A stretch of DNA of 64,000 nucleotides. Origin: an uncultured Methanosarcinales archaeon. GTDB taxonomy: Archaea > Nanobdellota > Nanobdellia > Woesearchaeales > CAYVYK01. The notes below the pieces were generated by a model that was given only the letters and a program-made list of their open reading frames with translations, did no database searches and had not been told where the DNA came from. The position numbers and the translations under genes are program-made. The stretch's first letter is position 1. Each line of letters starts with the position of its first letter. The stretch lies in contig CAYVYK010000002.1 of assembly GCA_964455675.1 (NCBI GenBank), positions 7,791-71,790 of the forward strand, in the 5' to 3' direction. Shown in pieces: positions 19,476-29,081 of this stretch.

Positions 19476-20717
19476 ATGACATTCCAAAAACCAAAAGGGA
19501 CAGAGGATTTCTTTCCCGAGGACATGAGTATCAGGCAGCAAGTAGTCGGAAGGCTACGCGCTACTGCAGAACGTTATGGCTATGGAGAAGTGAGTTCTCC
19601 TGCTTTTGAAAGCCTTCAACTGCTCACCGAGAAGGAAGGCGAAGAGATAAGGGGCCAGATTTTCACCCTCGAAAAACGCAGCAACGAGGAGTTCGGTCTA
19701 CGTTTTGATTTGACTGTTCCCATGGCTCGGATGGTCATAGAGAGAATTCGTGCAATGCCTAAACCGATTCGGTGGTTCATGATTGATAGAATGTGGAGGT
19801 ACGAGAAACCACAGGCAGGAAGACTAAGGGAATTTTATCAGCTGAGCGTGGAGCTTTACGGTGCAGAAGGCGCTGATGCTGATGCAGAACTCATAAAGCT
19901 CGTTATCGCATGCCTTGAGAGTTTTGGGCTCACATCTCGTGACATTAAAGTCCGGATCAACAACCGAAAACTGCTCGAGGGACTTTTGCGCGAGAAGGTT
20001 GGAAAAGACGATGTCCTTGATCTGATTCCCGTGATCGACAAGTTCTCCAAATTATCCAGGGAGGATTTCAAAGCGGAACTGTCAAGATTCACAGAAGATA
20101 GTGATGCGATTATTGAAATTCTCGAGACGGAAGACATCTCGAAGATAATGACCAAGAATCAGCTTGCCAAGGAAGGTTTATCCGATCTCCAGAGTATATT
20201 TCGTCAGCTCCCAGCAGGATATGCAGTGTTTAGTCCATCGACCGCGAGAGGCCTCGCGTATTACACAGGGACGGTATTTGAGGTTTTTGACACAAAGGGG
20301 AAGTATCGCGCAATTGCCGGTGGTGGAAGGTACGATAATATGATTGCACTATTCAAGGGACCAGCAACTCCGGCAAGCGGGTTTGGACTAGGGATTACGA
20401 CGTTGACTCTCCTCTTGAAGGATCTGGGATTATTACCAAAACCAAACGTAAGTCCTGATTATTTTGTGGCAGTTGCCAATTCTGAATGCCGAGAAAAGGC
20501 GATGCTCATCGTCGAAAAAATGAGGAGGAGATGGTCCGTTGTCGTCGATATTTCCAACCGGAACCTTAAGAACCAAGTGTCGTATGCAGGTTCGATTGGC
20601 GCACGAAAGCTCATCGTTATTGGTGACCAGGAGATCGCCTCTGGCGTACTCAAGGTTAAAGACATGCAGACCGGCGCTGAGACGGAACTCCAGATAGAGA
20701 GTATGAGTAAAACGTAA
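19476..20717 (+). CDS. hisS: Histidine--tRNA ligase
   Basis: PKGTEDF, LRFDLTVP, RYEKPQAGRLREFYQ, RGLAYYTG, GGGRYD. Confidence 0.98.
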   Translation: MTFQKPKGTEDFFPEDMSIRQQVVGRLRATAERYGYGEVSSPAFESLQLLTEKEGEEIRGQIFTLEKRSNEEFGLRFDLTVPMARMVIERIRAMPKPIRWFMIDRMWRYEKPQAGRLREFYQLSVELYGAEGADADAELIKLVIACLESFGLTSRDIKVRINNRKLLEGLLREKVGKDDVLDLIPVIDKFSKLSREDFKAELSRFTEDSDAIIEILETEDISKIMTKNQLAKEGLSDLQSIFRQLPAGYAVFSPSTARGLAYYTGTVFEVFDTKGKYRAIAGGGRYDNMIALFKGPATPASGFGLGITTLTLLLKDLGLLPKPNVSPDYFVAVANSECREKAMLIVEKMRRRWSVVVDISNRNLKNQVSYAGSIGARKLIVIGDQEIASGVLKVKDMQTGAETELQIESMSKT

Positions 20718-20777
20718 CCACTGATATGTAGTTAAAACACGGAACGTTTATATAGGAGTATCCGCATAACTCGACTC

Positions 20778-21488
20778 ATGACAAGAAGGCCACCACTCGT
20801 CTATTCGTATCAAGTGGATTTCATGCAAGGAATTCTTGAGCAGGAACTCCTCCATCCAGTCCTTGGGTATCATCCATGCAAATGGATCGTGGGTGTTACA
20901 GGAATTTCACCAAAATCTGTACTACGTTTTCAACATGATCAGGATATGCCCTCGCTCACAGTCCCTCTTGATGCGTCAATCACGTTAAAGGGAAAGAATG
21001 GTACATATGAGAATCAACCCACACTTGAAAGAATTGAGAACACAAGACCAAGGATACGGTATGATTCTTACCTTGACGCGCTCATGGATCCTAACTTCTT
21101 GGGATTTACGCTTAGATCCTGGCCCGCCCATCATCCACCAGAGTCACCGTATGAGCCTGAGGACGTAGGTTCCCTAGTGGCGCACTGGGATTCTTTCAGG
21201 GACGCAAACGGCTACTTGTACTCAAGAGTGCATTTTCACGTGGCAGATATTATCGGAACCGATAAGGATAGAAACATGCGAGAAAGTACGATATTCAAGC
21301 CAGAAAAGCAGCTTCTAATCCCAGTAAAAACCGGTCAAGATGCGTGTGTTATTGGTACATATGTGGACATTACTGAAGATGAAGGATATGTTTTTCCTTG
21401 TGTTTCCTGCACAGAGATTCGGGAACAACTGACGGAGGGGGGAAGGGCAAGGATTGGACTTGCTGCAAGAGTATACCGCGTGGGTTAG
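20778..21488 (+). CDS. Hypothetical protein
   Basis: 236-aa ORF with TTTATATA promoter about 25 nt upstream; no recognised motif. Confidence 0.6.
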   Translation: MTRRPPLVYSYQVDFMQGILEQELLHPVLGYHPCKWIVGVTGISPKSVLRFQHDQDMPSLTVPLDASITLKGKNGTYENQPTLERIENTRPRIRYDSYLDALMDPNFLGFTLRSWPAHHPPESPYEPEDVGSLVAHWDSFRDANGYLYSRVHFHVADIIGTDKDRNMRESTIFKPEKQLLIPVKTGQDACVIGTYVDITEDEGYVFPCVSCTEIREQLTEGGRARIGLAARVYRVG

Positions 21489-21496
21489 GTAGAATC

Positions 21497-21955
21497 ATGA
21501 CAAACGCAATCCTGCAATGGGACAACGAGCGGTTTACATTGGATCCACTCATAGCCCGTCCGTACTGGACGATTGGCCGTCATATGCACAATGATCTGAC
21601 GCTTGAGAACCGACATGGACTCCTGCAACTTTCAAGGTTTCACGCCTCCATCATCCACATACAGCATTCTAATAGTCATCCGGGTGGATTCTACATCGGT
21701 GACCATAGTTGCCATCAGACAGGTATTGTGTATCCAGATGGAAGAAGAGATGTAGTGAAGCAGTTCTTTCCTCAGCACGGAACGTTTAGAACTGATAAAG
21801 AATTATCCTGTGCACTTAGTGAGGAATTGACACACCAAGGAAAAAACCTTGCGGACCGCCTTACTTATCTTATAGATCATTCCGTACTTGAGCTTCCATA
21901 CAGTTGTGGCCCGATGGGTTACCAGATCCGTTTTGTCCTTCAATCACAATCTTGA
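21497..21955 (+). CDS. FHA-domain-like protein
   Basis: WTIGRHMHNDL, LSRFHASI and FYIGD match the FHA GR and SRxH motifs; the NGT motif is degenerate. Start at MTNAIL. Confidence 0.65.
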   Translation: MTNAILQWDNERFTLDPLIARPYWTIGRHMHNDLTLENRHGLLQLSRFHASIIHIQHSNSHPGGFYIGDHSCHQTGIVYPDGRRDVVKQFFPQHGTFRTDKELSCALSEELTHQGKNLADRLTYLIDHSVLELPYSCGPMGYQIRFVLQSQS

Positions 21956-23403
21956 TCGCTAGTGTCCAGGAACCCGTCACAATCGTTGTCTTTTCCGTCG
22001 GAACAGGTGATCTCGGTGCCATATTCAAAGAATCCACACAGCCCGCCAATGTCTATGCAGAGTTCATTTTGATTTTTTTGGCCATCATGGCAGGTCGCCC
22101 CTGTTGATGTTGTGTAGAGATACTTGAATATCTGGGCGTCATCTTCCGCCACATAGAGTTCGCAGTCTTTGATAGTGATACCTTCCTGATCAGTCCCTGG
22201 GATACTGCGATAATCAGCGTGATACAGGTAATATGTGCCATCCACATCGAATCTTCCAATCTTGTCTTCGTTATCCCAGACAGCATATAGTTTGTTTTCT
22301 CTTGGCTCGAAGTAGAGGTCTGCCAAATCTGCATAAGCAGTATCATAGTGTGTGATTTCCGTCCATGCCGTGGATGTCTCACTTGAAATTATTGGTAAAT
22401 CAAGGACATAGACTGTTCCCTTTCCTGCGGTTCCAGCTTGATCTCCAACAAAGAACACACCACCTTCCGGATGGGAATCTAAATGATAAAAAGTTAAAGC
22501 TTCCATTCCATTCTGCGTTCCGTAGCTTCCGAGGATAAATTCTCGTCGTATCGTACCTGTCTGAATATTAAATTCAACAATACTTGCTGGATCCTGCTCC
22601 TTTAACAAGTACAAATAATCAGATGTTGGGTCCGCAAGTGCAATGCCCTCAAGATCACGGCCTCCAAGGGACCAGGAACTGAGGAGAACTCCTTCTTCAC
22701 TCATCTGGTACAGGTATCCATCATCTTCCACCCAAAAAAGAGATTCTGTACCCGGATGCCAAACAATACCGCTTGGTTCGTCCTGATGTGCTCCTGAACC
22801 GCTGAAGATAAGCGACCCCCCTCCAACTTCAGGAAGAGTCCCAGGTTCACAGGAAGGCTCTTCAAGCACACAGAGCTGTGTGCGCACCTCACATGTGGAT
22901 GTACACACAAGGTTTCCGCCATAAAAGCCGTACGACTGGCATGTCGCATCACCAAAATCGGTTCCGTCACACGATTCTGCCCCCTGTTGTATTCCATCCC
23001 CGCAGAGAGTTACCATGGGTCCACAAAATCCATTGCTGCATCCAGTTCCTGTTTGACAGTCAAACACCTCACTCGCTACATTGTCACGCCGACAGTAGTA
23101 TTCCCTGACTCGAGTCGCCGAAACACAAACATCCCGAAACAAGGTTGTACCTGTAGACATGCTGACCATTCCATACTTTGTGATATCAATTCCGTTATCG
23201 GTATCAGTGCAGAGCAGCGTAGTCATGGGTACTCTCTGCATCGGTAAGGTTTCACTAGCTGTTTGGGGTTGTGAAGTCTTTGTCGTACGGAGGGCATCGA
23301 CTGAAAATACCTGCACAACATGGCCGGTTACACTAGGCTCACCTGTTGAAACGAGTAGTATGCAAACGAATAAAAGGATTAACGGAAAGTAGATTTTCTC
23401 CAT
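21940..23403 (-). CDS. Exported Cys-rich protein with an SdiA-regulated/YjiK-like beta-propeller
   Basis: Signal helix; CTDTDNG and CGDGIQQGAESCDG repeats; propeller repeats EPSGI, DLEGIA, GMEALT, DQEGIT; C-terminal CSDGKDNDCDG. Confidence 0.75.
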   Translation of the reverse strand: MEKIYFPLILLFVCILLVSTGEPSVTGHVVQVFSVDALRTTKTSQPQTASETLPMQRVPMTTLLCTDTDNGIDITKYGMVSMSTGTTLFRDVCVSATRVREYYCRRDNVASEVFDCQTGTGCSNGFCGPMVTLCGDGIQQGAESCDGTDFGDATCQSYGFYGGNLVCTSTCEVRTQLCVLEEPSCEPGTLPEVGGGSLIFSGSGAHQDEPSGIVWHPGTESLFWVEDDGYLYQMSEEGVLLSSWSLGGRDLEGIALADPTSDYLYLLKEQDPASIVEFNIQTGTIRREFILGSYGTQNGMEALTFYHLDSHPEGGVFFVGDQAGTAGKGTVYVLDLPIISSETSTAWTEITHYDTAYADLADLYFEPRENKLYAVWDNEDKIGRFDVDGTYYLYHADYRSIPGTDQEGITIKDCELYVAEDDAQIFKYLYTTSTGATCHDGQKNQNELCIDIGGLCGFFEYGTEITCSDGKDNDCDGFLDTSDQDCD

Positions 23404-23480
23404 TGGACTGTCTTAACCTTTTCTGGTATATAAAAGTTGACAGACTAAAAAACTAGTGACAAATATGAGAGGATAATAAA

Positions 23481-23544
23481 GTAATCACTAAATAGTGACT
23501 ACAACATAGAAAGATTTATATACTAGTAATCCTAATTAGTTACT
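23481..23544 (+). promoter_or_regulatory. Promoter of the GH15 operon, flanked by two related palindromic boxes
   Basis: GTAATCACTAAATAGTGACT (23481-23500) and GTAATCCTAATTAGTTACT (23526-23544) flank BRE/TATA GAAAGATTTATATA. Confidence 0.55.
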
Positions 23545-23555
23545 TAGGGGTGACA

Positions 23556-23639
23556 ATGGCAAATACCTCTCCTGAAACCTTCATCGGTTTCTACACCTCC
23601 GTGGCCAAAGTTGCCCCGCCCTTTTCAAACAAGAGGTGA
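23556..23639 (+). CDS. 27-aa small ORF (MANTSPETFIGFYTSVAKVAPPFSNKR)
   Basis: GGGGTGA RBS 2 nt before the ATG; its stop codon overlaps the RBS of the next ORF. Confidence 0.45.
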   Translation: MANTSPETFIGFYTSVAKVAPPFSNKR

Positions 23640-23640
23640 A

Positions 23641-23811
23641 ATGATGACAGCACTACCCAAATGCTTGGAAATCAAGTTGGAACATGCTCCGCACCTGAAC
23701 GCAGAGAAGGTGGATAAGGTAGTCAGTGCACCGAGCCAAAAGAGCGATGATACTTACTACAATGGGAAGGCCGTGGCGTGTGCTCCTTCAAATCCGATTT
23801 TTTGGCGGTGA
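23641..23811 (+). CDS. 56-aa small protein
   Basis: GAGGTGA RBS immediately before ATGATG; ends in GGTGA, the RBS of the GH15 gene. Confidence 0.6.
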   Translation: MMTALPKCLEIKLEHAPHLNAEKVDKVVSAPSQKSDDTYYNGKAVACAPSNPIFWR

Positions 23812-23818
23812 TTAGTAT

Positions 23819-24817
23819 ATGATTGCGAAAAGCATTCAGATCCTGGAGTCTTTGCAAACACCCTCGGGCCTCTGTTCAGCGTCGAAACAGAGCGTGAACA
23901 CAGGCTACAATAGGGCTTGGATTCGTGATAATATTTATGAGTCTCTGGGTCTTGAAGCAGCGAAGCGACACTGGGCACTTAAGCGTATTTACCGGGCGAT
24001 TTTTGACGTGCTCCTCAAGCATGAAGGCAAGATCGATGCCGCAATTCAATCAAAGCCCCAGCATCACTATGAGTATATTCACCCTCGGTACGATCCGCAT
24101 ACGTTAAGCGAAATCTGGGAGGAGTGGGGAAATCGACAGAATGACGCTATCGGCGCATTTCTGTATAAGGTTGGCGATCTAGAATCAAAAGGTGTGAAGG
24201 TTATCAGGGATGATGATGATCGCCGAATTCTGCAGAAGCTTGTATGGTATCTTGATGCCATTGAGTATTGGCACGATGAGGATAATGGTGTCTGGGAGGA
24301 GAATCTCGAAATCCATGCATCATCTGTTGGTGCCTGCGTCGCAGGACTCCGTGCTGTTCGGAACCTCGTTGACGTTCATCCAGATCTTTTAAGGAAAGGC
24401 GAGGAATCACTAAATGACCTGTTGCCATACGAATCGACTACAAAGGACGCAGACCTTGCACTCCTTAGCCTAGTCTATCCGTTCAATGTTGTTTCCGACT
24501 CGCAGCGCGACGCCATTTTAAAAAATGTGGAAGAGAAGCTCGTCCGTCAGCGAGGCACTATCCGCTATGTTGGTGATAAGTACTATAACCGCGATGGAGA
24601 AGCAGAATGGGTAATGGGATTTCCATGGCTTGCAGTGATCTACAAGTCCTTGAACCGCCCTGACAAATATGCTCACTATATGAGAAAGACAATCGAATGC
24701 GCTAATGCAGAAGGAGAACTGCCCGAATTGTATTATGCGAACTCCACAGAGTGCAACGAAAATACTCCTCTTGGCTGGACGCAAGCACTCTTTCTCGTCG
24801 CTGCGATGGACGAATGA
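23819..24817 (+). CDS. Glycoside hydrolase family 15 (glucoamylase / phosphorylase-kinase-alpha/beta-like)
   Basis: YNRAWIRDN, QNDAIG, DNGVWEE, HASSVGACVAGL, LPELY, NTPLGW. Confidence 0.88.
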   Translation: MIAKSIQILESLQTPSGLCSASKQSVNTGYNRAWIRDNIYESLGLEAAKRHWALKRIYRAIFDVLLKHEGKIDAAIQSKPQHHYEYIHPRYDPHTLSEIWEEWGNRQNDAIGAFLYKVGDLESKGVKVIRDDDDRRILQKLVWYLDAIEYWHDEDNGVWEENLEIHASSVGACVAGLRAVRNLVDVHPDLLRKGEESLNDLLPYESTTKDADLALLSLVYPFNVVSDSQRDAILKNVEEKLVRQRGTIRYVGDKYYNRDGEAEWVMGFPWLAVIYKSLNRPDKYAHYMRKTIECANAEGELPELYYANSTECNENTPLGWTQALFLVAAMDE

Positions 24818-24869
24818 GGCGCAGGTACATAAGATTTGGTTCAAGAGTATGCTTGGTTCTAGAGAATGA

Positions 24870-26117
24870 TTAGGCTTTCTTTATGATTCCATATCCAATG
24901 AGTCGGAATCGATTTCCCACGCGTCGCGAAATAGTGACCCTGCTTCCTGCTGGAGCGCACACAGGTATCTTCAGTTTGCAATGAACGTGATTCTTCTCTA
25001 GTTCGGTAACGACGCCGACCGTCGCTGCGGAGTTCACGTTCAGCATGAGCATTTCTAGTTTCTTCAGCGGCTCGACAAGCAGTTCGTCCTTTGTACCAAC
25101 AACCCGCTCAAGAAGATGGACTTCCAGCTTGAATGCATACCAGAGCGGTGGAAGCTTTCCAACCAGCCCAACAACTGATCCTGTGAGTTTATCTGATTTG
25201 ACCGCGCTCGGGTCAAGCCCTGTGAGCAGCGCTATGCTACCGCCTGGCGTTGCTTCTTTAAGCGGTGTTGAACCGCTCATAATTCCTCGTATGTCCGTTC
25301 GTAATGGCTTCCATATCTTCTGATTTCTTTCTTCATTTTCATATCCTGGTTGTATCTCGATCTTCTCCCCGATCTTGAATACTCCCTGTTTTATTGCTCC
25401 TCCAAGTATTCCCCCATTAAGTTCGCTTATTGGTTTTCCTGGCCTGTTTGTGTCAAACGATCGTGCGACATACATAATAGGTTCTTTTGTTAGGTCGCGT
25501 TCAGGTGTTGGGAAGTACTCCTCGATTGATTTGAGGAGGTATCCCATGTTTACCCTATGCTGCGCTGATATCGGGATGATTGGGGCGTCAGCGTATTCAG
25601 TTGTTTTGAGAAACTGTTGGATTTGTTCGCGATTTTTTATTGCGGCTTCTTTAGTCACAAGATCGATCTTGTTTTGGACAACGATGACTTTCTTGATGCC
25701 AACGATCTGTAGCGCCATGAGGTGTTCGCGTGTCTGCGGTTGTGGGCATTGCTCATTCGCTGCAATGAGGAGTAATGCTCCATCCATGATTGTGGATCCT
25801 GCAAGCATGGTCGCCATCAGGCTTTCGTGCCCTGGTGCGTCGACAAGACTAACCGTTCGGACGGATTCTGTGGCTGTCCCGTCAGGAAGCTTTTCTGTTG
25901 TAGTATACATGATCTGGTTCCCATCAAGGTACTTGAAAATAGTCAGATTAGCATATCCAAGGCGGATCGTAATTCCTCGTTTTAACTCTTCAGAATGAGT
26001 GTCTGTCCATTTCCCGGAAAGAGCTTGCGTAAGTGTCGTCTTTCCATGATCCACATGCCCCACAAGGCCAATATTGAGGACCGGCTGTGCTGCTTCAACG
26101 GTTACTTTTTTCGCCAT
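24870..26117 (-). CDS. eif2g: Translation initiation factor 2 subunit gamma
   Basis: GHVDHGKT, RGITIRLGYA, DAPGHE, PQPQTREH, NKID. Confidence 0.97.
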   Translation of the reverse strand: MAKKVTVEAAQPVLNIGLVGHVDHGKTTLTQALSGKWTDTHSEELKRGITIRLGYANLTIFKYLDGNQIMYTTTEKLPDGTATESVRTVSLVDAPGHESLMATMLAGSTIMDGALLLIAANEQCPQPQTREHLMALQIVGIKKVIVVQNKIDLVTKEAAIKNREQIQQFLKTTEYADAPIIPISAQHRVNMGYLLKSIEEYFPTPERDLTKEPIMYVARSFDTNRPGKPISELNGGILGGAIKQGVFKIGEKIEIQPGYENEERNQKIWKPLRTDIRGIMSGSTPLKEATPGGSIALLTGLDPSAVKSDKLTGSVVGLVGKLPPLWYAFKLEVHLLERVVGTKDELLVEPLKKLEMLMLNVNSAATVGVVTELEKNHVHCKLKIPVCAPAGSRVTISRRVGNRFRLIGYGIIKKA

Positions 26118-26212
26118 GATACTGGGGAAAAGGAGTTGATTTATAAATGTTGTTTAAGTGGTTATAATCAAATAAAAAAAAAGAAAACGAGGGGTTTTTG
26201 AGGTTTAGATGG

Positions 26213-26350
26213 TTAGGAAATATCAGCAACGTTCTTGCTCCAGTGGGTTTTTCGGGTCCTTTTCTGGCGCAAAAATTCGAGGTATTCGAGCTCGAATTCA
26301 GTGAGATTGTTCCTTGCATCACCGATAGTAAAGGGCATGAGTTCTGGCAT
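26213..26350 (-). CDS. 45-aa small protein, absent from the ORF track
   Basis: GGAGGTGA RBS, then MPELMPFTIGDARNNLTEFELEYLEFLRQKRTRKTHWSKNVADIS*, followed by a long T-tract on the minus strand. Confidence 0.65.
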   Translation of the reverse strand: MPELMPFTIGDARNNLTEFELEYLEFLRQKRTRKTHWSKNVADIS

Positions 26351-26466
26351 CAGATCACCTCCGATCTTCCATTTTCTGAGGATATGTTTATTAAGTAGTT
26401 TATGAACAGATCATAAGGAAAAGGGATTCATAAGCTTTTTAAAACGAAAAAAAGGACTATCGCCAA

Positions 26467-27162
26467 ATGATTAATCTCCACTGGATCCGATTCGTCTTTA
26501 GCCCCACATATTTCAATGGTTTTGATAGTGTGATGGAGATTATCACTGTTATTGTTTCTCTCCTTATTGCATACGTGAGCTATCGGTGCTACAAGTTTTC
26601 TGGAGAAAAAAAGTACAAGTACTTCGCGTGGGCTTTTGCTGCGATATCTGTGGCTTTTTTCTTCAAGATCATCACAAATATCAGCATCTACTACCAGGTC
26701 CTTGAGACTGTCCGTATGGGCAGGATTGAGATGAGATTCCTCTCCATTAAGCAGACGGACCTTATGTATATTATAGGCTATTTCCTCTACAGGTCATTGT
26801 TCTTTTTCGGTCTGCTTGGAATCTGGTTTACACTTGAGAAGATCTCCTCAAAAAGGCTAATTCTCCTGATGGCTTGGTTCATATTTGTTGTGAATTACTT
26901 CAGCCATTACGCATATTTCTTCTTCCACATCACAATCTTCCTGATGCTTCTGTTCATCAGTTCATCATATTTCTATCATCAGCGGAAAGTCTGTTCGCTG
27001 TCTTCACGTCTTGTGACCGTCGCCTTTGGACTTCTTGCGGTTTCCCAGCTCTTCTTCATTTTTGAGTGGCTGAAGCTCGACTTGTACGTTATTGGCACGA
27101 TCATCCAAACCATCGCGTTCATCATTTTGCTATATACTTATTTGTTGGTGCACAGACGATGA
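26467..27162 (+). CDS. 7-TM membrane protein (putative sensor)
   Basis: About 7 hydrophobic helices; ATGA overlap with the downstream wHTH gene. Confidence 0.75.
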   Translation: MINLHWIRFVFSPTYFNGFDSVMEIITVIVSLLIAYVSYRCYKFSGEKKYKYFAWAFAAISVAFFFKIITNISIYYQVLETVRMGRIEMRFLSIKQTDLMYIIGYFLYRSLFFFGLLGIWFTLEKISSKRLILLMAWFIFVVNYFSHYAYFFFHITIFLMLLFISSSYFYHQRKVCSLSSRLVTVAFGLLAVSQLFFIFEWLKLDLYVIGTIIQTIAFIILLYTYLLVHRR

Positions 27163-27434
27163 AAGCTCGCCGAAGCCGCATGGACATCATTAATGATATG
27201 TTATTGTCCATTCAGGGAAAAGGTGGGAAGATCAAGCCGACGCATTTGATGTACAAAGCGAATCTTTCCCATAAAAGTCTGACTGATTACATTGAGGAGC
27301 TTTCGACGAAGGAATTGATCAAGGAAGTCCGGAGTACAGAGGATAATAAATACTTGATTCTCACGGATAAAGGTTTTGAATTCATCAGTGAATTCCGTCG
27401 AATGAAAGAATTCCAGGAAAGTTTCGGTTTATAG
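27159..27434 (+). CDS. Winged-helix regulator (ArnR1/HTH_45-like)
   Basis: RRSRMDIINDML...KPTHLMYKANLS...YLILTDKG; ATG at 27159. Confidence 0.85.
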   Translation: MKARRSRMDIINDMLLSIQGKGGKIKPTHLMYKANLSHKSLTDYIEELSTKELIKEVRSTEDNKYLILTDKGFEFISEFRRMKEFQESFGL

Positions 27435-27439
27435 ACAAA

Positions 27440-27709
27440 TTATTCCATTTCAGGATTCTTCCGAAAGAAGTCCAGTACTCCTTGTTGAATGCACGGCCAT
27501 TGCCAGTAGGCACTTTGCTGCGCGTTCAAGACGTCCATGAGCGTTCCATCCTGGTGACCTCGTTTTAGGTCTTGCGCGAGCTGGGCATTAACATAGACTC
27601 CGCTGAAGAACACGCGTATAGGTTCTCTATGTCCTGGCGCTTGATAGTTGTTTACGTGTGATTCAATACGGACAGCCATGCATTCATAGTCTACTGATGG
27701 ATTGACCAT
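27440..27709 (-). CDS. Hypothetical protein (89 aa)
   Basis: GGTGAGG RBS before the ATG at 27709, directly after the S26 gene. Confidence 0.5.
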   Translation of the reverse strand: MVNPSVDYECMAVRIESHVNNYQAPGHREPIRVFFSGVYVNAQLAQDLKRGHQDGTLMDVLNAQQSAYWQWPCIQQGVLDFFRKNPEME

Positions 27710-27722
27710 GGTTATCCTCACC

Positions 27723-28280
27723 TTAGTATATGACTGCAACGAGAATTCTCTTGATCTGGGAGAAGCGTACTCGTCCAGGATCTTCGAGCGCGTTGTTATC
27801 TCCCTTGAACTTTGCATACCATCCAAGATGGTCTTCACCTACTTCAATCACTCGGTGGATGACAGTTGCATTTGCGATAGGCGAATAGTAGGAAACAATA
27901 TCTCCGACGTGAATGTCTTCCGCACTTTTCGGAATAATTTCGATACCTGTCGATGTCGAATCAAGAACTGGGTCCATGGAGTATGTCGCGCTGAATCGCG
28001 CCCATTTCGCATTCTCAATGTCGAGAATCACCTTATCCTGTAAGATAGAAATGTCTTCCTCCTTGAGCCAGTCATGTGGTGATGGCTTATCTCGCCCGCT
28101 TGATTCCCGTGCTTTTTGGGCTTCTTCAAATGAGAGCGCTTTGGATGTCGAACCTGTCTGTTCACTCTCGATAAAATTCGGAGTAATGGATTTTGACCCG
28201 ATCAGATAGCCAGTGAACCCAGAGAGACCTACGCAGACGAAAACCGCAAGGCACATCCCAAGGATTTGTATCAAGTCCAT
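27723..28280 (-). CDS. Signal peptidase I-like (S26, archaeal/ER Ser-His type) protein
   Basis: N-terminal TM; TYSMDP (Ser), GDIV, VIHRV (His), KGDNN..ED. Confidence 0.8.
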   Translation of the reverse strand: MDLIQILGMCLAVFVCVGLSGFTGYLIGSKSITPNFIESEQTGSTSKALSFEEAQKARESSGRDKPSPHDWLKEEDISILQDKVILDIENAKWARFSATYSMDPVLDSTSTGIEIIPKSAEDIHVGDIVSYYSPIANATVIHRVIEVGEDHLGWYAKFKGDNNALEDPGRVRFSQIKRILVAVIY

Positions 28281-28418
28281 TCGTTGTTCACCCCAAATAT
28301 GATACTACTGAGTAGTACTAATATATAAATGTTTCTATTAATTACTACTACTAAGTAACTAATATCAACGTTCTGTTTGTCGTTAAGTTTATATACATTC
28401 CTCATGCTAGGAAACCAC

Positions 28419-29081
28419 ATGTCCGAAAAGTTCGATTTCGACATCAAGCCGAATAAGTCCCGTAATCGGACAATTTTTGCGCTTGCCATCGTGCTCGTTG
28501 GTGCCCTCATTGCTACGGCATATCTTCTGAACGGATCAGGTGATTCTCCGCAAGTGACAGGCGCAGCTGTTGGTACAAATTCGGTTCACAGCAGTTCTGA
28601 TTCCCTGTTCAACATATGGTCAAAAAAGGGCGATTCTTCGCTCGTGAATGCCGTCCTATTGCTCAGGGAGGCGTCCATTGATCATGACACGATGCGTATT
28701 GCTGAACTCGTTACGGAAATTGAAAGTTCTATTAAGGAATCAGAGTATGCCGAACAGATGAATGCTTGGAACGCTCTGCTTGAGTGTGTATACTCACAAT
28801 GTGAGGACGCGGATTATTTGCGGCTGATGAATCTTATCGTCAGCACTGATCTTAAGAATACGCAGAATCGCCTCTCACACAACATCATCCAACTCTACGT
28901 CTTGTGGGATGGAAAACAGGTCGTGGAATTTTCGAGATACCTCTCGGAAACAAATGAGATGATCGCGCAGATTGAGAGTCCGGTCTTGCAGGATACATGG
29001 AAAGCCTGGATTGAATGCAATGGCGAGTGCGAAAAATCTGACGAACTTGTGTTTGCTCTCCTGACAGAAGTGTTGAAGTGA
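28419..29081 (+). CDS. Membrane-anchored helical hypothetical protein
   Basis: One TM, VTGAAV motif, two W..x.EC...C repeats. Confidence 0.7.
   Translation: MSEKFDFDIKPNKSRNRTIFALAIVLVGALIATAYLLNGSGDSPQVTGAAVGTNSVHSSSDSLFNIWSKKGDSSLVNAVLLLREASIDHDTMRIAELVTEIESSIKESEYAEQMNAWNALLECVYSQCEDADYLRLMNLIVSTDLKNTQNRLSHNIIQLYVLWDGKQVVEFSRYLSETNEMIAQIESPVLQDTWKAWIECNGECEKSDELVFALLTEVLK

Noticed and set aside
26095..26398. Track ORFs 26095-26322(-) and 26198-26398(+)
   Set aside because: They run through a T-tract or lack an RBS. The 45-aa frame with a GGAGGTGA RBS explains the region better.
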